Shown piece by piece: positions 26,669 through 32,000 of a DNA stretch of 32,000 nt (its first letter is position 1; each line of letters opens with the position of its first letter). The stretch covers positions 1,290,001 through 1,322,000 of the forward strand of contig NC_004459.3 of assembly GCF_000039765.1 (NCBI RefSeq). Reading direction: 5' to 3'. This stretch comes from Vibrio vulnificus CMCP6. GTDB lineage: Bacteria; Pseudomonadota; Gammaproteobacteria; Enterobacterales; Vibrionaceae. Made by a program: the position numbers and the translations under genes. Below the pieces are notes generated by a model. That model made no database searches. It saw only the letters and a program-made list of their open reading frames with translations, and was not told where the DNA came from.

Positions 26669-27649
26669 TTAATTCTCCAATGGCCATGCTTGGGCGATGC
26701 CTGCAGAGGTTGCCGTAATCACTCGGCGCTGAGCATCAAAAGCGGCATCATACACTACCGCGCGAGGAGGGCGAGCATCTTTTAACGGTTCCACCTCATA
26801 ACTTTCAATTTGTTTACCGCTGGTGGTATTCCAAACCGCGACTCGACCTGAAGGGGTTCCTGTCACCAGTAAACGACCATCATCAGAAAAACGTGCCGTA
26901 GAGAAGATTAACTGGCGTGACCAACTTTTTAATTGGCTAATTTGTTGACCCGTTTTCAAATCCCACACAATCGCTTGGTTGCCGCCATCAGAGGTGAAGG
27001 CTAATTGGCCGTCACGTTGTAAAGCAACACGATTGACGCGCTCTTCGTGCTCAAAGGTGCGCATGACTAATCCTGTTTCGGTATCCCAAAGGTAGGCTTT
27101 GTAATCATTTCCGCCAGTCAGTGCGAAACGGCCATTGGCGGAGATGGCGACAGAATTCACTTTTTCTCGGTGAGCAAGGAACTCCATTCGCCGTCCGGTG
27201 ACTAAGTTGACGTAAATGGCTTTCCCGTTGGACAAACCAAGGAGGACTTGTTCGCCGTTGCTGCTGATATCAACATCACGGATCAATCCGTCTGAGATCG
27301 ACCAAAGACCTTCAGACTGGCTTAAGCCAAGATCCCACACCGCAAAGTTCATTTGCGTGGCGGTCACCGCGAAGCGGCCGTTATCAGAGATTCGGATGTT
27401 GGACACGACGTTGGCTTCAGGATCTTGCTCGCCGAGTTGGGCAAGTTCTTTGCTCTCGACCAAATCCCACAGCACCAAATGGCGTTGGGTTGAGTAGAGC
27501 AACGCAAAACGGCCATCACGACTTAAGGCGAAACTGGTGGAACCTTGTGGTTCGATTTCCCAACGTTGTTCATCCTGCGTAGAAAAAAAACAGCCATTTA
27601 ACAGAGGAATGACAATTAGCAAGAGTAAGGAATGAAGAATTCTTTGCAT
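26669..27649 (-). CDS. WD40-repeat beta-propeller lipoprotein (function unknown)
   Basis: N-terminal signal with a lipobox-like LLNG/C (MQRILHSLLLLIVIPLLNGC). About 7 repeats of about 42 aa end in LWDL / VWDL / LWDT / VWDL / VWNT. Start is ATG 27649 or the adjacent GTG 27652. Confidence 0.8.
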   Translation of the reverse strand: MQRILHSLLLLIVIPLLNGCFFSTQDEQRWEIEPQGSTSFALSRDGRFALLYSTQRHLVLWDLVESKELAQLGEQDPEANVVSNIRISDNGRFAVTATQMNFAVWDLGLSQSEGLWSISDGLIRDVDISSNGEQVLLGLSNGKAIYVNLVTGRRMEFLAHREKVNSVAISANGRFALTGGNDYKAYLWDTETGLVMRTFEHEERVNRVALQRDGQLAFTSDGGNQAIVWDLKTGQQISQLKSWSRQLIFSTARFSDDGRLLVTGTPSGRVAVWNTTSGKQIESYEVEPLKDARPPRAVVYDAAFDAQRRVITATSAGIAQAWPLEN

Positions 27650-27777
27650 CACATCTAATAATCCGGTTTGTGTCCCAAGACATATAGCTAGTATATTGGT
27701 ATAACAATCGACTTCACCAATCTGTTATGAGATTTGTGGACAATAACCAATGGTTTATCCATTAATTGGAGAGTTTA

Positions 27778-28560
27778 ATGAAATCAGTTTTAAAAGTGTC
27801 ACTGCTTGCAGCTACTGTAATGCTGGCAGTCGGCTGTCAGAAAGAAGAAGCAAAACCAGCAGCCGCACCACAAGCAGAGCAGGTACAGGCAGAAACCGGT
27901 AAAGCGGTTCACTTTAAATCAGAAGATGACAAAGCGGCTTACGCGATTGGCGTGTCGTTTGCTAACTACCTAAGTGCAAGCCTAGACAAGCCAAGTGAAA
28001 TTGGTATCAACCTAAATAAAGATTTGGTGCTTAAAGGTATCGAGCATGTTTTTGCTGGTAACCCTGAGCTGAATGAAGAAGAAACACGCGCGGCACTAGA
28101 AGCGCTAGATAAGCGCGTAGCTGAAACCATGCAGAAGAAAGCGGCAGAAAAAGCAGAAGCTGCAAAGAAAGCCGGTGATGAATTCCGCGCTGAGTTTGAA
28201 AAACAAGAAGGTGTGGTGAAGACGGACACTGGTCTTCTATACCAAGTGATCACGCCTGCTGAAGGTGAGAAACCAAAAGACACCGACACAGTTCAAGTTC
28301 ACTACAAAGGTACATTAACAGATGGTACTCAGTTCGATAGCTCTTACGATCGTGGTGAGCCAGCAACTTTCCCACTGAACCGAGTTATCCCAGGTTGGAC
28401 GGAAGGTGTTCAATTGATGCCAGTAGGTTCTAAGTTCAAGTTCGTTATTCCACCTGAGCTAGCGTACGGCGCGCAAGACACGCCAAGCATTCCAGCGAAC
28501 TCAACATTGGTGTTCGAAGTCGAACTATTGAAGATTGAAAACGGCGACAACGCGCAGTAA
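27778..28560 (+). CDS. fkpA: FKBP-type peptidyl-prolyl cis-trans isomerase FkpA, with a lipoprotein-type signal peptide
   Basis: From ATG 27778 (SD TGGAGAG) the product begins MKSVLKVSLLAATVMLAVG/CQKEE. It has a helical dimerisation region and an FKBP domain (VQVHYKGTLTDGTQFDSSYDRGEPATFPLNRVIPGWTEG..PPELAYG). Confidence 0.9.
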   Translation: MKSVLKVSLLAATVMLAVGCQKEEAKPAAAPQAEQVQAETGKAVHFKSEDDKAAYAIGVSFANYLSASLDKPSEIGINLNKDLVLKGIEHVFAGNPELNEEETRAALEALDKRVAETMQKKAAEKAEAAKKAGDEFRAEFEKQEGVVKTDTGLLYQVITPAEGEKPKDTDTVQVHYKGTLTDGTQFDSSYDRGEPATFPLNRVIPGWTEGVQLMPVGSKFKFVIPPELAYGAQDTPSIPANSTLVFEVELLKIENGDNAQ

Positions 28561-28584
28561 TTTGCAATAGTTTCGCAATCAAAA

Positions 28585-28611
28585 GGGCTCGAATCATTCG
28601 AGCCCTTTTTT
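28585..28611 (+). terminator. Rho-independent terminator after fkpA
   Basis: Stem GGGCTCGAA (28585-28593) / TTCGAGCCC (28597-28605), loop TCA, then TTTTTT. An A-run lies upstream. Confidence 0.9.
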
Positions 28612-28711
28612 GTTCTAAGTCACTAGTTCGTCACTTAGCTAGGTGTTCTGCTCAAAATTTCTGATAAACTTACAGCAATTTGTTGATTATTCGCTCTAAG
28701 GCTAAGAAAAA

Positions 28712-29434
28712 GTGACAACGACAGAAACACTAACTGCAGATATGTTGCTCGAAATGGAGTCCGTTCATGTGAAGCCATTTACTGAGCACGACAAAATCAT
28801 TCTTCGTTCTTATGAAGCCGTGGTTGACGGGATTGCCAGCCTGATTGGGCCATTTTGTGAGATCGTTTTACACTCGCTGGAAGATTTAAATACCTCTGCG
28901 ATCAAAATCGCGAACGGTGAGAACACAGGCCGTCAGGTCGGCTCCCCAATTACCGATTTGGCGCTCAAAATGTTGCGTGATATCGAAGGGTCTGAGCGTA
29001 ACTTCTCACGTTCGTACTTTACTCGCGCCAAGGGCGGGGTATTGATGAAATCGATCACCGTCGCAATCCGTAACGGAGACAATCGTGTCATTGGCTTGTT
29101 GTGTATCAACGTCAATTTGGATGCACCATTCTCGCAAGTGTTGCAATCTTTCATGCCAACGGAAGAAGCGAAGCAAGCGGCTTCCTCTGTTAACTTCGCA
29201 AGCGATGTGGAAGAGTTGGTGGATCAAACGGTTGAGCGCACCATTGAAGAAATCAATGCCGACAAATCCGTCTCCAACAACACTAAGAACCGTCAAATTG
29301 TCATGGAACTGTTTGATAAAGGCATTTTTGATATTAAAGATGCCATCAACCGAGTGGCTGACCGACTGAATATTTCCAAACACACGGTTTACCTCTACAT
29401 CCGTCAGCGTAAAACTGAGGAAGATGAGAAGTGA
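28712..29434 (+). CDS. yheO: YheO-type DNA-binding transcriptional regulator (PAS-like + C-terminal HTH)
   Basis: [69 protein letters not shown] is collinear with E. coli YheO. The GTG start at 28712 gives the same 240-aa length. Starts at ATG 28742 or 28754 cannot be excluded. Confidence 0.85.
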   Translation: MTTTETLTADMLLEMESVHVKPFTEHDKIILRSYEAVVDGIASLIGPFCEIVLHSLEDLNTSAIKIANGENTGRQVGSPITDLALKMLRDIEGSERNFSRSYFTRAKGGVLMKSITVAIRNGDNRVIGLLCINVNLDAPFSQVLQSFMPTEEAKQAASSVNFASDVEELVDQTVERTIEEINADKSVSNNTKNRQIVMELFDKGIFDIKDAINRVADRLNISKHTVYLYIRQRKTEEDEK

Positions 29435-29826
29435 GCACGTTACGCTACACTTTGGTGGTGAATGGCTCAGTGTATGGTAGCCAATCGGCGCGAACGGCGT
29501 ATCAATTTGCTAGCGCTTTGATAGAGAAAGGGCATACCTTAGTGAGTGTCTTTTTCTATCAAGATGGCGTTACCAATGGCACTGAGCTCACCGTGCCTGC
29601 TAATGATGAATTTCATTTGACCAAAGCATGGCAACAGTTGGCAAAGCAACACAATGTAAGGCTGGAGACCTGTGTCGCTGCCGCACTGCGTCGTGGTGTT
29701 GTTAGCCAATCTGAGGCCTCGCAGCATGGCCTGTTGCAACATAATCTGGCGGACGGGTTCGAACAAGCAGGTTTGGGCAGTTTGGCAGAAGCGATGTTAA
29801 CCCAAGATAGAGTGGTGCAATTTTGA
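29431..29826 (+). CDS. tusD: Sulfurtransferase complex subunit TusD (DsrE family)
   Basis: The GTG start overlaps the yheO stop (GTGA). [53 protein letters not shown] is collinear with E. coli TusD. Confidence 0.9.
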   Translation: MSTLRYTLVVNGSVYGSQSARTAYQFASALIEKGHTLVSVFFYQDGVTNGTELTVPANDEFHLTKAWQQLAKQHNVRLETCVAAALRRGVVSQSEASQHGLLQHNLADGFEQAGLGSLAEAMLTQDRVVQF

Positions 29827-30179
29827 GTCAGTTAACGTATCTCTTTCGCACCGCGCCACATAGCCACTCTTCTGGTAGAGAAGGCGTTGATGCGTTGCTA
29901 GCGGCCTCTGCGTATTGCGAAGCGATCAGCGTGGTCTTCATCGGTGATGGTGTCTATCAGTTGCTGGCAGGTCAGCAAACGGCATCCATTCTGTGTAAAG
30001 ATTATGCACCAATGTTCAAGTTGTTTGATTTGTACGATATTGAGCACGTGTACGTTTGCCAGCAATCGCTGCAGCAACGTGGCTTAACGAGTGAAGATTT
30101 GCTCATTGAGGTCGAGGTGGTTGACACTGCGCAGCTACAAGGTGTTCTTCATAACTCGGCGCAACTGCTTTCATTCTAA
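29823..30179 (+). CDS. tusC: Sulfurtransferase complex subunit TusC (DsrF family)
   Basis: The TTG start overlaps the tusD stop (TTGA). [27 protein letters not shown] compared with E. coli TusC [27 protein letters not shown]. Confidence 0.88.
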   Translation: MSQLTYLFRTAPHSHSSGREGVDALLAASAYCEAISVVFIGDGVYQLLAGQQTASILCKDYAPMFKLFDLYDIEHVYVCQQSLQQRGLTSEDLLIEVEVVDTAQLQGVLHNSAQLLSF

Positions 30180-30187
30180 GGAATATC

Positions 30188-30463
30188 ATGCTTCATTTGA
30201 TTAAGAGCTCTCACGCCTTGGAAGAGGCTCTACTCCTCTGCACGGCTTCTGACGCCATCGTCTTATTGGAAGAAGCGGTTTATGCCGCCACATCTGTGCA
30301 CCCATTGCAGTCACTCTTACCTAAACAGGGCGTCTATGTGTTGCACGGTGATGTGCTGGCAAGAGGCCTTGAATCGCGACTAAGCACCAATATCGCCATG
30401 GTGGACTACCACCAATTGGTTGATTTAACGGTGGAACATTCACCTTCCCTAACGTGGTCGTAA
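30188..30463 (+). CDS. tusB: Sulfurtransferase complex subunit TusB (DsrH family)
   Basis: 91 aa. MLHLIKSS.., VLLEEAVYAA, DVLARGL and VDYHQLVDLTVEH resemble E. coli TusB. SD AAGGA upstream. The gene is last in the yheO-tusDCB string. Confidence 0.85.
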   Translation: MLHLIKSSHALEEALLLCTASDAIVLLEEAVYAATSVHPLQSLLPKQGVYVLHGDVLARGLESRLSTNIAMVDYHQLVDLTVEHSPSLTWS

Positions 30464-30526
30464 CCCATTCTTCTGTGCTTGTAGAGGAGAGGAAAACCAG
30501 TTGGACAAAAAAGATCCGTATATTTC

Positions 30527-30555
30527 TTGACACACTTCTCACTGCTGCATAGAAT
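30527..30555 (+). promoter_or_regulatory. Strong sigma70 promoter of the str (rpsL-rpsG-fusA) operon
   Basis: TTGACA (30527-30532), a 17-nt spacer and TAGAAT (30550-30555), about 80 nt upstream of the rpsL ATG. Confidence 0.7.
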
Positions 30556-30631
30556 TTTGCGTCCCTAACTCGCTTGCGTGGTTGGGGATTAGATTTTTCA
30601 CAAAGCTTACTTTAAGTAAATCAGGAGCTAG

Positions 30632-31009
<378 letters not shown>

Positions 31010-31102
31010 TGCCCTTCTTGTTACAAGAGAAGCGTTAAGTAAGGCCAAACACTAAAATTAAATTTTAATTTTGAAGAAACTGAAAAGTTTTGGATAACCT
31101 GA

Positions 31103-31597
<495 letters not shown>

Positions 31598-31605
31598 TAC
31601 CTTCT

Positions 31606-31634
31606 GTGCTGCGAGGTCCTCTCGCAGCACTTTT
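31606..31634 (+). terminator. Terminator/attenuator-like hairpin between rpsG and fusA
   Basis: 10-bp stem GTGCTGCGAG (31606-31615) / CTCGCAGCAC (31621-31630), loop GTCCT, followed by TTTT. Confidence 0.5.
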
Positions 31635-31672
31635 CTACACTCTAAGGAATCCCTTAGTAAGAGGATACAATC

Positions 31673-32000
31673 GTGGCTCGTAAAACTCCTATTGAGCGCT
31701 ACCGTAACATCGGTATCTGTGCTCACGTAGATGCAGGTAAAACAACCACAACTGAGCGTATTCTGTTCTACACTGGCCTTTCTCACAAAATCGGCGAAGT
31801 TCACGATGGTGCTGCAACCATGGACTGGATGGAGCAGGAGCAGGAGCGTGGTATCACAATCACATCTGCTGCGACTACGACCTTCTGGCGTGGTATGGAA
31901 GCACAATTCCAAGATCATCGCGTAAACATCATTGATACCCCTGGACACGTTGACTTTACTATCGAAGTAGAGCGTTCTCTTCGTGTACTAGATGGTGCTG
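31673..32000 (+). CDS. fusA: Elongation factor G, 5' portion (runs off the window end)
   Basis: Not in the ORF track. From GTG at 31673 (SD AAGAGGA upstream) the product is [93 protein letters not shown], with the G1 motif AHVDAGKT and the G3 motif DTPGH. Confidence 0.97.
   Translation, partial: MARKTPIERYRNIGICAHVDAGKTTTTERILFYTGLSHKIGEVHDGAATMDWMEQEQERGITITSAATTTFWRGMEAQFQDHRVNIIDTPGHVDFTIEVERSLRVLDGA

Overview
The window reads as a Vibrionaceae (Vibrio-like) core chromosomal segment of about 47% GC, densely packed with housekeeping genes. The taxon call rests on protein similarity recalled from memory, not on a search. From pabA to fusA the gene order is collinear with the E. coli pabA-argD-crp-prkB-yheUTS-kefGB-yheV-slyD-slyX-fkpA-yheO-tusDCB-rpsL-rpsG-fusA block. 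The left end carries rnr-rlmB, gph-trpS and a porin plus Xds-type extracellular nuclease pair. I support 31 protein-coding genes, including fusA, which runs off the right edge and is missing from the ORF track. I also support about 10 intrinsic-terminator hairpins, one strong sigma70 promoter (rpsL), two CRP-box candidates and one ERIC/IRU-like intergenic repeat. I found no tRNA/rRNA genes, CRISPR arrays, transposases, integrases, phage genes or recognisable defence, toxin-antitoxin or secretion-system clusters. I therefore cannot point to a convincing novel multi-gene system. The items most worth follow-up are lineage-specific additions to the conserved block:
- the porin-xds unit behind a 470-bp AT-rich leader, with a GlyGly-CTERM tail on the nuclease;
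- an argD/astC-astA-astD cluster that lacks astB/astE, is interrupted by an ERIC-like element and is followed by a DUF1338 gene;
- a small helical protein translationally coupled (ATGA) to the ABC-F ATPase YheS;
- a WD40 lipoprotein coupled to slyX and divergent from a lipobox-bearing FkpA.
All homology statements are from memory of the families, and start codons were chosen by N-terminal comparison and SD spacing.
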